Source: Eledone cirrhosa
Lineage: Eukaryota
DNA length: 64,000 nucleotides
Assembly (NCBI GenBank): GCA_964016885.1
Contig: OZ024740.1
Location: forward strand, 166,780,001-166,844,000
Direction: 5' to 3'
Part shown: one piece after another, positions 12,442-25,824 of the stretch
Numbering within the stretch: position 1 is the first letter of the stretch
Layout: the number at the start of each line of letters is the position of its first letter
Notes under the pieces: model-generated
Told to the model about the DNA's origin: nothing
What the model saw: the letters and a program-made list of their open reading frames with translations, nothing else
Database searches by the model: none
Position numbers and translations under genes: made by a program

Positions 12442-13733
12442 TGTATGTGTAGTATATTTAACAATATACCGTATTTTTAAGTAAAAACATTTAGAAGACC
12501 ATACGCTATCGGTTTTAAAGTAGTGACTATGTCACTTACTTCTCTTCGGCAAAAGAAGGGAGAGAAGCTAACATTCCGTTTCACGCTGGTTGGCGAACAT
12601 CAGAGCCACGCATCCCCTGCTTCCGTTGAAAATTATAGAACCTGGATTCTTACAGAATTCCACGAATAATCAGAAGCCGATTATACAGAGCGATTGCTGG
12701 TCAAGCAAAAATTAGATATTAGGATTGGTGCTCTGAAATAGCGATGTATACGATGAATGTATGTATAGCCAATATACCGCATGTTTAATTAAACACATTG
12801 GGAAGACCATACGCTATCGGTTTTAAAAGAACATACGCCAAATATACTATACATATATTGATCACTGTCCGCGTGGAAGGACTATATGCATAACTGAATT
12901 TTACAGAATTTCTAGATATATTTCGGATATATACCCTTTCTTATCATTAAAGCCATTTTCTAGAAGAGGTATACATTAATAGAATGAGAGGTTTGATACA
13001 TTGCGGCTAATGATAGAGAGTAAGATCTTATATCCTACATGCATATTGATAGTAAAAACTTATATTAATGTATTTTAATTTGTTATTCATCTTATGGAAT
13101 AACTTGTAATAACGTGTAGATAAACGTCTGTTGGCATACGGAATGATTAACTCAGAAAGGTAAGTTTTTACATAAATCTTTAGACCTTGGTTATGAAGGA
13201 TATCTTCTAGTTCTTGTTGGAAATTAATTACAGTTTGCCCATCTCATTTTCGTGAAAGGTCCAAGCCTTCGTCGTGCTATACATCAAATGCATAGTTGTG
13301 AAATTTATTGTTTAATATATCAAGAATATATAATCCAACATGATCACAAAACTCAGTACTATCGTATGATTACATAGAAATAAGACAAATTGCTCTTCTG
13401 GTTCAGATTTCATTACTTACATAAACCCACTGTTAAAAAATAAAAAGTGTTGCGGGTGTGCATAATGGCATCAATTTTATGACCAATGGTATAACAAAAT
13501 ATATGGACATGCTACCAAATAGTGGCCTAGCAATCTGTGAGAATCCAGCTCTAGTTTTCTTTGCTATTTCTCGGAAACAATGATCTGTTGTTATATCTGT
13601 ATATGTTTGTTGTATATAGGGGTATATCTTAATAATGTGTTACTGGCTGCTCCGAATTATGCCCAAGGAAGATTCAGTAATCTACATGTGTATGCGGGTG
13701 AGTTACTCTAGTGTTCCTTCAGAGTGATGGATA

Positions 13734-13820
<87 letters not shown>

Positions 13821-14598
13821 TATATAAATGAAAGGTATAGAAAACAATGCAGCGAAAAGCGAAAAGCATTCAATAATATATAAGTGACTATAGCGTCAAA
13901 ATGGGAAAAATAATTAACGTAAGATGTGGGAAAAATAATTTATAATCATCTCAAAGAGAATCAGGATATAAATTCATCCACAGAATTTAGTGAAATCCAG
14001 GGAAAATCAATAGAGCCTTAACTCATGATAAAATAAAGTTCAAAATACTTATCCTTCAATTTGGAAAAACTTCGAATGCTCTGCATAGTCTTAAAGACTT
14101 TTTCATGAAAACTTTCAATGGAGATGGTCACGGTTGGAATTCATCATCAACAGAGCTCAACTAGATAACCAGGATTCTCACAGATTAATATGCCAAAAAG
14201 GGAATTCTAAAGCTGGCCAGTTCAACATCATGCGTGATTATGAAAACGCACATGAGGAAATACATGGCTATTGACGTCAGAATGAGACGAATGATTGTTT
14301 ACAAGAAACAGCAGTCAAAAACATTCCGAAAAAAACTCTACAGTAAGGAGTTCAGCAAAATGCAATATTATCGCAGTTTTTTATAAAAAAAAAACGGGAT
14401 TAGTCACAAATAATTTAAGCACTCGAGGAAAAAATCCGAGTATAAATATATAAATGAAAGGTATAGAAAACACTTATATATGAAAGGTATAGAAAACACT
14501 TATATATGTATGTAAAAGGTAAACAGAAATAACAACACAATCGGTACAGCATATGGAAGGTATATATTAGGTTAACACTTGATATAGCAGGAAGATGG

Positions 14599-14635
14599 TC
14601 TTAACGTTTAGGACGCTAGTCCTTCATCAGAAGGA
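14599..14635 (-). ncRNA. Degenerate minimal hammerhead motif
   Basis: Reverse complement reads CCTT-CTGATGA-A-GGAC-tagc-GTCC-TAAA-CG-TT-AAG; the G of GAAA is replaced by T. Confidence 0.5.
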
Positions 14636-16410
14636 AGAATGAGAAATAAAATAGATTAAGGGCACGGGCGGGATGGAATTGGAAAAAATATCTTTAGATA
14701 AAAATAATAGGTCCATTCATGTTGACATCTCTTGCAAAACTGTTGGTACTGGCATTTTGTATATGATTTGTTTTTTAGAAAAGTGGATGATGTCGCCCGT
14801 CTACCTGAAATGGAAAAAAAAAACCGTTTTGTAAAAAGAGCTATACTTGAGCACGTGTGTAAGCATGAGAGTGTGTCTGTAAGGGGGGGGGGATACATGA
14901 ATATGTAATCGCCAAGATATGACATTAGTAATATTGACATATGATTAAAGTTATATATGGGGATTTACAATCATGCAGATTTCTATTCTCAATGATAAAT
15001 ACAATTATGAAGGATTTATATGAACTAGAATATTATATAATAATTGATACAATAAATATTTCAGATCAGACCTAGCTGATGATTAATTAGTGCGACATAT
15101 AATATAAATTATAAATTAATTTAAATTATTACCTTGAGGATATCTCATGGCTAAGCTTCGAAGATGCTAGATGATAATTCGATTTATTTCTAGACATAAA
15201 CTCAGAGCAGAGATTCAACAGTCGATAGATTTCCTGTATTTTATCAAATATAATACAAACATTAACAAATAATAATAACATTAATTATCTTATGTAATAA
15301 CATTAATTATCTTATGAGCATTGTCTTATTATAAATATACGCACCTAAGTGCATATATGTATACACACATACACACAAATATGCTTACACCTACAAACAC
15401 ACACCCACCCATTTATATATATATATAAGATCGAGATTTTATCCTTAATAGGATATCTCAAAATGCGAACGTAACCCGAAGGTAGAGACATGATCATGGT
15501 AAGTGTGTACGCATTTCTTCTAACTTTAATTTTATACCTAATTGTGTATGGTTGACGGTATATTTAGTCGATTTCCACGTGCTGTTGAAATGTTGGGTAA
15601 ATATTCTATGGCGGTCAGCCGCGAAGAGATTGCTGTCGTTTATTTATTTACTATTTCTTCATAGGTGCCATTTAATCTTATAGCCTGGTCTAATTGATTT
15701 TTTATGTGCTTAATTATGCTAATTGGGAGAGGAAATGGTGTATATATATTATCAAATGATTCTATGGACATACTTTATAGTATATATATATATATAACTT
15801 AATAACGGTTAATACAACCCTAGAACAGATAATTTGTAGATAAAGATGCATAATATAGTATACCTACTCTAACAACATGGCCTGTAATTCGGTGGAATTT
15901 ACATTTAACAAACACACACCTATTAACTATAAACGACTCAAAATAATTCCATGGTTAATGGATGTGAGTTACAACCATCATATACACATACGAACTACAA
16001 CACAAAAACACTACTGCAAATTCTAACACGTGCTTTGCATTACACCTCACATAACATATACCTGCATTATCACCACATATCTCTCTAACATATAGCACGC
16101 TATCTTAAACATTTCTAACACTTACAACATGCTTTAACATCCCACACCAAATTTGTTTATTTCAACTGTATTATAATTCTTTCCTCATACATGCCTTATT
16201 GATTGTATTGACTCCTGCATTTTACACCCATAACATGAACTGTTTTCCAATCTTATATCTTATGTCTATCGTATCCCACACTTTTCCTTGCTTATAACTT
16301 AAAATAATTCAATATGTTTAAAAATTGAATCATAATCTAGTTTTACTGATACCAATTCTATAGGTTTCCTTCTTATCAAAGAAATACACTAAAAGTAGTA
16401 TTAGTCGTAT

Positions 16411-16468
<58 letters not shown>

Positions 16469-17099
16469 TGCAGCAGATGTTCTTGTTTTCTCTTGTTTGA
16501 TTAGCCTCAAGAAACTTTACGTCCAAAATCATTTGATTCGTAAATATCACGTGTTTCCCCCGGACATAATGTATCAAGAACTTCAATATCATATGTGTAT
16601 TCACTTTACTGAAGACGATACTTATTAGCGAATATTATTAGCCTATCGAGACACCTTATATATAACATCCTCCCTTCATTCCATAATAGTAAAGAGATAT
16701 TTTCATTAAAAGTAAAAAGAGCAAACAAATCAGAAAAAAGTCTAAAACAACAACTTACATTGATTTCTCATAAAAATGCAGGATGTTATCAAGTAAGCCA
16801 TTTTCTGTATGTAAATGTGGATCTTATATATTATTAAATGGAGTAATTGTAATTCGAATTAAGCATGCTGTAATTGGAAGAACACAGCACATTTTCAATT
16901 TAAACCAATTGCTGTTAAGCACGGTGTAATTATATATACGCGCTATTCCATTCATGTACGGCGATATAATAATTATATATTTTGTTTTATCAACATAAAT
17001 GTTCTTTAATATCTATGAGTGAATGAATCCGGAAAATGAGATCGTAAAAGAGTAAATAAAAGAGCAAGAGAGGTTATATGTCTTAATTCGTATGGTGAG

Positions 17100-19550
17100 C
17101 AAATGTGGTCCCACGTGCTGGCCTCCCCACAGCCCCGGCGGACAGAATAGAGAAGGCGTTTCCCAGAGGGATGGAAACGGAGATGCGGCTGGCCAGCTCA
17201 GTGCCTATGGTGGTGAATAGGGAGGTAGCCCTAGAGCCAAGGACACCAGAAGTCTCCACTGCCAAGGGCACGACCATGAACGTGTCGGAGAGTGACCGGG
17301 ACTTGGCGAGTTTGGCCTCGTCAACCCGCCGTGCAGCAGTACCTGGGTTAGTCGCAGACAGCATCAGGTTGTGGCCTGAGAAAGTGTCGCTGCAAGTGGC
17401 ATCCCAGACGAGTGGTTTGTCACAGCGGAACAGGAAGATGGTCATACCGTCTGGCCTTTTGCCGTCCTCTCTGTCCAACCACAACGGTTCGAGCTTGGAG
17501 AGGAAGCCTGGAATGTCCAAACCATTATTTATGACATCTTTGAGGGCAGCATGGCGTTGAAAACGGCCGGCACTGTCGCAACAGGAAAGCAGGCGGAAGC
17601 CGAAAGAGTCCACGGTTGATCCGTAGCGACTGGAGGCCGAAAGCGTCCACTGTGGATCCACAGCGACATTTATGTGGCTCGCAGATCCAGAGTCCAAGCC
17701 TGAAGGAAACGCCGATGCGCAGGCTATCGTTATCCAGCTGCGTGCCAGTGGAGAAGGAGGGCAAGGCATGGAGCAAGCTCCACTGTGGGGTTTGGAGGCA
17801 GTGCTGGTCGAGATGGCACATGACCAGTCTGAGGCCAGGCTGCACTGGAGTGCATCCCAAATGTTTTTTTTTGGGGGGTTGGGGTCTTGACGTCAGTAGA
17901 AGAAGGAGAAGGAGAAGGGACATTTACTGGGCTAAGTCACAGCCGGTCCCACGTCCGTAGGCAGCCTCACGTTTCCTGATCACAGAGGATTCTATTTGGC
18001 TTTGGAGAACCCTACTGACGAGGACACTGCATGAGGTTACCGATGAAAGAACAGCTGGCAAAGCCATTGAGATCGGGGATCCGTGATCAAGGCCGCCATA
18101 TCTGACAGGTATCGAGGTCAGCGAGGAGAGATGCGTGGCTGTAGCAGGGAGCGCTGTGAAGGGTGTAGAAGAGCTTCGGCATGGTGTAGCAGTTCCCCAA
18201 CAGAAACAGAGCTGGGTGATATTGATCAAGCCCAAACGGCTCGTAAAAGCCTTCAGTTGCTGGAATCTGGACCTGAAGGTGGAGCGGATGGCTGGTAGGT
18301 GGATCGGTGACCCGAGAATGAGGACATCCTCTTTGGGGGTCACCTGTACCTGGTGGATAATAGACCGCATGACCGCATGTCCGAGACAGTGGCTGCAAAG
18401 CTCACAGCATCATGGCTGACATTCACCACCACTGACTTGGACGAGTTGACCTGTAGGCCGATTCCCGCCAGGGCAGGAACCACGAAATCATCCAGATACG
18501 AAACGTTGAGAGAGGTCGTCATACTCCGAGCAAAGTTTTCTATACTAAGGGAAAGCAGGAGGACGCCTAAACGGTCGCCCTGTTGGACCCCAGTGGCTGA
18601 AGTTATGACTTTATCAGCAGCGTGGAGAATGCTCGGGTCTCCATATGACAGGTAGGCCAGCGGGTATTGGAGGGGGTTCGGCTGAGGCAGGCAGCAGAGA
18701 GTAGATGGTCTCAGCGTATGTAGTTAAATGCATTCCTCATGTCAAGTTTGACAATAAGGTGCCTGGAGTCATTGGATGCCGGTTCTGGTGGACAGCTGTT
18801 GAAGAACTGCTTGCTTGCATGTGAAGACCCCCCCCCCCACAGACACCGGACACGCTGACACCCAGTTGCACCGAACTGAACTCCTCACCCAGTTTAGTTG
18901 TTATGGACCTGCAGACCACCTTAGCAGCGAGCCTCCGGAAGACATTGCTCACAGCGAAGGGGCATATGCTACCCTCTTTCTTTCTAAGAGCGGTCAGGCT
19001 AGCCGAAAAAAATAGACCATGGGCGTGAGGGTCCAGGGCCTAATGGATAAGCCTATTGGTGAGTGCCACAATTGCACTAAGAAGGCCGCGCCCGGTCTCA
19101 GTTAATGCCAGAGCTGGGGAGGCCGAGGGTTAATGGGGAGAAATAGAAGAGGCGCTCCCAGTCGCTGGCTCGATTGGAGTCCAGGGAACTCTCAATCGAG
19201 GAAGAGACGGCATCGGCTAACGGCACCCGGACCGTTCTTTGGGTCTTGAGCGGAATCATCCGGAGGCGCCTGAGCCGAGCGATGATGACCAGCGAGGCTT
19301 GGACATCAGGCATGCTCTAGTGGTGTGCCAGACGGCCGTGGCTGGGCAGACGAGGGGAAGAGAGAATTTCTCCAGCTCCACGCTGCAAGGGCACTGGAAG
19401 CTGGACGCGTCAAGCCAACTTAGGTGAGGTGGTGGAAGCAGCCGCACCCCGAACAATTCCGGCTCCTCTTCCGTCTGGTCCTGGTGCTGCAAGTGCTGCA
19501 GTTGTCGACTTGTGGGAAGGAAGGTGGGGCGTTGTCACTGTCTGCCAACG
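17100..19550 (-). mobile_element. CRE-clade-like non-LTR retrotransposon relic (RT + Cys/His knuckle + restriction-like endonuclease)
   Basis: Fragments NVFRRLAAKV, QLGVSVSG, KLDMRNAFN, SATGVQQGD, YLDD, CRCG..VDAFG..LLSC..AGRFQRH, EDGKRPDGMT..LVWDATCSDT, PLAVETSG. GC-rich; frameshifted. Confidence 0.85.
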
Positions 19551-19661
19551 AACATTTACAATTAATATTGGCCCCATTCTCTCTTCTTGTTACTGTTTCC
19601 ATTATACATTATTATATTTTTTAATATTTGAGATAATAAAGTTACCAACCACGATGGTAAT

Positions 19662-19842
19662 ATAATTGTTTCTACTTTAGGCACAAGGCCAGCAATTACC
19701 CAGTGCATTACTGGTACTTTATTTTATCGACCCCGTAAGGATGATAGGCAAAGTCAACCTCGGCGGGATTTGAACTCAGATCGTAAAGTGACGTAACTAT
19801 GCTGGAAAGCATGGCGTCCGACTCTCTACCGATACTGCCAAT
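19662..19842 (-). mobile_element. SINE family A
   Basis: Reverse complement of the 1217-1406 consensus. Confidence 0.9.
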
Positions 19843-19849
19843 TACATAT

Positions 19850-19945
19850 ACGTACAAACACACACATACACGTACAAACACACACATACACGTACAAACA
19901 CACACATACACGTACAAACACACACATACACGTACAAACACATTC
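19850..19945. repeat. 20-bp minisatellite (CGTACAAACACACACATACA)n
   Basis: About 4.5 tandem copies directly visible. Confidence 0.9.
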
Positions 19946-20471
19946 AACGACAAACACATACACACACACGCATAGATACATTGAAATTAAAAGTAATCAA
20001 GTAGGTATATATATATATATATGTATGCAAATAATCGAAAAAACTGACTTGGTATATATTGAGTTCATGAATGGGAATCTTATATGAATTTAAAAGGAAA
20101 TAAACTGATTTTCGGATTGTATCAAAGACGTTATTCATTGAGGAATTCCTCCATCGATCACGACTCCATTTTCCGCATGATAGGAGGATGTATTTGAACG
20201 CAGAATGCAAATATGTGGAATAGATCCGTAACAGATACCATGCTTAGCAATACATTAGTAAACATTTATTAATTAATCTTTCCAAATAACAAAGGTAGAC
20301 ATCAGGATAGAAAATTGAGTGAAGTCTTTTGTATGTAGACTGTGTGAGTGTAATTTCTATGCAAGTCATGAAAATCATATTTAATACACGAGACAATTCA
20401 ATTCGGTATTCAAGCCAAGCCTTATCTACGGTCATGAATTATGTGTAATGACCTAAAGGATAATATGTCGA

Positions 20472-20839
20472 TTACAAGTTGCCGAAATGCAGTTCTTCTG
20501 AAGTGTTTTGGCGTAACGTTACTCGATAGAGTTCGTAGCGAGAATATCAGGGAGTCACTCCAAGTTTGAGGCTCTACTTTTCCGAATTCAGAGATCAGAC
20601 AGTAAGAATATCCAAGGAAAGGTCACTGGACAGATTTACAGAGGAAACCGACCACCAGGAAATTCTGAGGTCGACCGCGAGCGAGGTGTTTGGATAACAT
20701 CTACAAGCTCGGCTGGTCAGGTTTGAGAATCTAGCTGGTTCAACTGGAGACAATTGCTTCTGATAGGACCCACTGGAAAGCTCTGCTCACGCAACCCTCC
20801 CGGGAAGAAGAAGAAGAAGAAGAAGAAGAAGAAGAAGAA

Positions 20840-20893
<54 letters not shown>
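20472..20893 (+). mobile_element. 3' end of an RTE-like LINE with (GAA)n tail
   Basis: Broken frame LQVAEMQF..GVTLLDRVRSENIRESLQV..LLFRIQRS..GRPRARCLDNI, typical of RTE-group C-termini, followed by (GAA)n at about 20803-20893. Confidence 0.7.
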
Positions 20894-20895
<2 letters not shown>

Positions 20896-21099
20896 TTTTA
20901 AAAAGCTAAATCTAATTTTTCACTTTATTTTGAAATAGGTATGAGAGGTAAATCATGACATGCTTTTGCATTTCTACTGCTCTACTGATTAATTTTCAAA
21001 GTATTATTTTGTAGTAGAAAAACAAAATTATTAAAAGAAAGATTTTGATAAAACATGTTCGTGTTATTTGATCTACGGAACATCCTGCTCATAAAATTA

Positions 21100-21325
21100 A
21101 CGTTTATTTGGCAGAGAAATCCACTGAGTCAGGCACCACTAAATTAATTTTATGTGAGACTAATTGACAGATATGTGACGAAACTGACCCTTTGAAAGGT
21201 ACAGGGCATCCGATGAACTTTAAACAGTTTCTATCTATTTAGTTTCACTCATAACGTACTGGTTGAACCAAATCCATGGTAAATGACACTTTCCTAGATG
21301 TTACACAAGGGGATGGAACCGTGAT
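21100..21325 (-). mobile_element. Degenerate SINE family B fragment
   Basis: GACAGATATGTGACGAAACTGACCCTTTGAAAGGTACAGG resembles 33813-33855 and 25495-25540. Confidence 0.4.
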
Positions 21326-21435
21326 TTAATATTTTTGAATCAAATTGCTTCAAATGTGTCCCTACTGCATTTACTGCGAGATAGGCTTATGGCTTGAGTG
21401 ACAAAAGTGGATTAGGCTGTTTAATTTATCGAGTA

Positions 21436-22327
21436 CTAGCAGTGGTACCCGGCGTTTCACGGGATAAGGTATTTTGGAACGCGGGCTGCCATTCGTGGAA
21501 AAACTGCATGCGTGGAAAATATGTAAAGAAAATAAACCGAATACTCTGATGGTTGGATAATCTTTGAGATTTTCCTCGATGAAGCAGGAAAATGCAGGTT
21601 TTCACTTAATGAAGGCCCTAGGGGATCAAGAAAACGAATTTTTTTTTATGTGCATAATATGCCTTGAAATTTCGGGTAAATCGGCTAGACGTAACGCCTC
21701 AAAAAAGCCCTAAAAAGCTGAATAAAATGAAGTTTTTCACCTAATGCGGGCCCTAGACCATACAAAGTTGGATTTTCTTTGCTCACGGTATGAAGAAGAG
21801 ACTGACTAATACATAGTTACAATTTCAAGGAAACAAGTCTGACGTAACGACTCAAAAAACCTCTAAAAGCCTGAAACAACGCAGTTTTTCAACTAATGCG
21901 TGCCCTAGGGGATGAACAAGTTGAATTTTGTTATGTGCACTCCCTAAATCATAAGTAATACACATGTAAAGTTTGAAAAAAGTCGGTTGGGTACTTCGAG
22001 TTTTAGGTTTTCAAACTCACAGACACACACACACACACACAGACACGCTCAGGGAAGTGACGTAATGCAGACAGTCAGACATAGAGACAGATATTATAAG
22101 GGCGCGACGTTATATGTATGTATCTATCTAAAAAGAGAAAGACTAAGAATTATAGAGAGAGATCGCTAAATCGAACACTAATTAGAACACTCGCTAATTA
22201 GAACACTCCCTGAAACATAAGTATTATATGTGTAATATTTGAAAACAGTCGATTGGGTGGTTCTTGAGTTTTAGGGATTCAAACTCACACACACACATAC
22301 AGACATCCTCAGTTTTATATAAATAGA
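21436..22327 (-). mobile_element. Non-autonomous Helitron-like element with internal ~150-bp tandem repeats
   Basis: Minus strand starts TCTATTTATATAAAA and ends with hairpin CCCG-tgaaacgc-CGGG then CTAG|T. Three internal units contain TTTTCA..TAATG..GGCCCTAG. Confidence 0.7.
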
Positions 22328-23087
22328 CTAGCAGAAAACCACCCGGTGGGCGGTTTTCTGCTAGCAAATCTAGTGTATATACTGAAATTTTAATCATACC
22401 ATTAGGTGTGAATAAGGAAATATTTTTTTATTGTCAAAACAAATGTTCAAAAGTTAAACTTCAATTTTTGGAATTATTTCCAATTTTTTCATGAAATTGA
22501 ACACTGGCCATTGGCTGCTGAAAATGGAAATTAAATCATATTTAATTGTATTTAAATTTCTAACCTTATTTTATTATTTATATTTTTTCAATAAGAAATA
22601 AAAAAAACAACAACAAAAATTGAAGAAAAAAATGGCACAAATCAAACGTAGGTTATGGAACTGCACAATCTGATTAATAAATTACCTCATCAGCAGCAAC
22701 ATTCTTCAAATGGTCCTTATTATCAGCAGCAACAACCACAAATTCAATGGCAACCTTCTTCGCATGGTGTCAAGTCAGAACCGCCTCGAACTGGTTACTT
22801 CTGGCTTGTACAAGGTGTCTCTATAGCAACCAGAGATTCCCTCGGCCTCAGTGACCAAAGTCAGTGGAGAGGGGAAGGTAATGTTTCTATAACACGTGTT
22901 TTAGCGTCTATTCACTCTCTCTCTCTCCCTCTCTTCCCCTCTCGTAGTCTGTCTCTTTCTTTCAATCTCACTCTCTCTCTACGCACGTGTTTCCACTGTC
23001 GGACAGACAGACAGAGAAATTGCTGGTTATATATATATAAGTAGATTAAACAGCCACATAGCAAATAAATATGCAGTAAAATGAAAG

Positions 23088-23241
23088 TAATAATTTTTTC
23101 TACTTTAGGCACAAGGCCAGCAATTTACCAGTGTATTACTGGTACTTTATTTTATCGACCCCCTAAGGATGAAAGACAAAGTCAACCTCGGCGGGATTTG
23201 AACTCTGATCGTAAAGGGACGTAACTATGCTGGAAAGCATG
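23088..23241 (-). mobile_element. SINE family A (5'-truncated)
   Basis: Core match; flanking direct repeat ATGAAA(G/C)TAATAAT. Confidence 0.9.
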
Positions 23242-23428
23242 AAACTAATAATATTAATAATAATAAACATGAGATGAAACTAATAATATTAACTAATTAA
23301 ATTGTTCTATATGAAATATTTCCTGAAACTAATATATACGTTTAATTATTTAATATTTAATTCCATGGATGCAATGTCTTTACCATATATATATATATGC
23401 CTATATTTTATACTTAACTCGCCGAATT

Positions 23429-23626
23429 AAGGCCAGCAGTTTTGGGGGAGGGCAAAGTCGATTAAATTGACCCCAGTGCGTGACTGGTACTTTATTTTAT
23501 CGACCCCGTAAGGATGAAAGGCAAAGTTATCCTCGGCGGGATTTGAACTCAGATCATAAAGGCTCGTAACCATATGCTGCAAAGCATGAAGTCTGAATCC
23601 CTACCGATACTTCCAATCCACCGCTC
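23429..23626 (-). mobile_element. SINE family A, longer subfamily
   Basis: Core match plus extra segment TTTTGGGGGAGGGCAAAGTCGATTAAATTGACCCCAG. Target-site duplication ACTC(G/C)CCGAATTAA on both sides. Confidence 0.9.
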
Positions 23627-24323
23627 TTACTCCCCGAATTAATAATAAGTCTGGGAAAGGCTGTTCATCGATTGAATTGGGAAGTTTTCTATACTACCTT
23701 CAAGAACTCATATTTACGGGGTATGAGAAACAAAATGATTAGCATTTTGAAAAGTATTGACTACATCAGTAAAATGAAATGCTTTTCAGACTATATACAA
23801 CTTCTATATATATATACAGACGGTTTGTCTGAATATTTCTTCTTTATGATGCCCACCAACAAGTTGTTAAAAAAATCCATCAATAGAAGATACATCAACT
23901 TGATTGACAATTGTACCATTATGAATATAAACATTTTCATGAATGTGAATGACTGACAGCTGAAACGTTAACTGTATTGGAAACCAAAACATTCTCAACA
24001 TGAATAGACTCAAATTGATTAAACTCGTCAAACCTTGTCAGCTGTCATATTTTCTATATACGAGATACAATATCATTTTGTTTGGCATTGGCAAAAAGCC
24101 CTGTGTTATCTAGGGAACTGGCGTAGAATACTACTAGGTTTATGTATTCTAAGGGTTTTATTGCTGTGTGTAATTTAAAATGACTTAAACTGTACATATA
24201 AACCCCATACAATATTGTTTTACTGAAAGTTTACTGTATTCGCTACATTTGGATTTATCACATTTAAAACACGCACACCACAATTATTATTTTCGTTAAT
24301 AATCTATATATCACTAAAAAAAA

Positions 24324-24472
24324 ATAATTGTTTCTACTTTTGGCACAAGACCAGCAATCACCCAGTAGATTACTGGTACTTTTTTATCGACCCCGTAAGG
24401 ATGAAAGGCAAAGTTAACCTCGACGGGATTTGAACTCAGACCATAAAGGGACGTAACTATGCTGGAAAGCAT
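24324..24472 (-). mobile_element. SINE family A
   Basis: Core match. Confidence 0.9.
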
Positions 24473-24852
24473 AAATAGTAATAATAAATAAGCATTATAC
24501 ATGGGAGGTAAAATATCATCAGAGGAAAAATATATGCGTATTTATTGTATAAACAGAATTAAAGTTGTTTTATTATAATTCTACTAATTATAAAATAATT
24601 TGTAAGGTACAATGTAACTGGCATCATGTGATTAATAATTAACTACAATTTTTATCGATTGATTTGCTTTCGGGTCGAATTCCTGTGTTATACAATTTTA
24701 CTTTGCATTCCTATCCTTGAATCCATCCTAAACTTTAATTAATACTAACTTAATAATACATTCATTGTAGATACCATTTTACGAAGTTCAGAATTTCCTG
24801 ATATTATAATCGATAATCAATTCCTTGACATGTTACTAGTTATTATTTCTGT

Positions 24853-25010
24853 GAATTGGCAGTATCGGTAAAGGGTTGGACGCTATGCTACGGTGAGTTC
24901 AAATCCTGCCAAGGTTTACTTTGCCTTTCATCCTTACGGCGTCGATAAAATAAAGTACCAGTAGTGTACTGTGTAATTGCTGGCCTTGTGCCTAAAGTAG
25001 AAACAATTAT
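24853..25010 (+). mobile_element. SINE family A (internal deletion)
   Basis: Core match. Confidence 0.9.
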
Positions 25011-25399
25011 TTCTAAATGATGGATTTTGTCTTTTTGATATGTTATTTGTATGTGATACTATAGGGGATACTGATAGGCATTTCAATATGTTTGCAAAAT
25101 ATACGATGGTCTGTTCTGGTGTTAGCAGACTGACAGATACAAAAATTTACCTTAAATACTTCGTAATCCCAACTACAGTTTTGTCATAAAGACTAACGAG
25201 ATATTTTAATTTGCTGGCCTTGTTCCTACACCAGAAACCATTATTATTATTATAATTTTGTTGCTGTCACATAATACTTCATGTTCCGATGTATCAGGAA
25301 ACACAATACCTTCTTGCTCCACACACACACACACACACACACATATAAATATATATTTATCGCTGTAGAGGTGGCACGCAGTCGGTTGAGACGACGAGT

Positions 25400-25620
25400 A
25401 TTCCTGTTGTTACAATCAACGGAAAAGCCTGTTTGTGGAGGTAAGTATTCCACAAACACATGAACCCTTCAGGTAGTTCTCAGGGAGATAAAGCGTGGCA
25501 CAAAATGTAACAAGGCTGGCACATCGGATTACAGCTACAATTCATTTTTGCCAGGCGAGTGAACTGGAGAAATAAAGTGTCTTCCTGAATGTCAGAACGC
25601 ACAGTCGGGAATCGAACTCC
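25400..25620 (-). mobile_element. tRNA-derived SINE, family B
   Basis: B-box GAGTTCGATTCC on the minus strand at about 25608-25619; body homologous to 33700-33998. Confidence 0.7.
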
Positions 25621-25723
25621 TGTAATTTTTATTGTTCTGGGATTGTTACTAGCCACGGCAACTAAAATAAAGTTATATATATAATAAATAATAAGAGAGA
25701 TGGTTTTATTCGTACATCTTTAT

Positions 25724-25824
<101 letters not shown>

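Noticed and set aside
16277-16670. Hammerhead-like fragments at about 16277-16398 and 16609-16655, also about 27259-27312
   Set aside because: Core nucleotides or helices too degraded to call.
17105-17560. Plus-strand 151-aa ORF and other antisense ORFs over the CRE and PLE elements
   Set aside because: Shadow frames opposite real coding relics.
21590-21990. Regularly spaced repeats suggestive of a CRISPR array
   Set aside because: Whole ~150-bp units are homologous (no unique spacers), they lie inside a Helitron-like element, and the context is eukaryotic.
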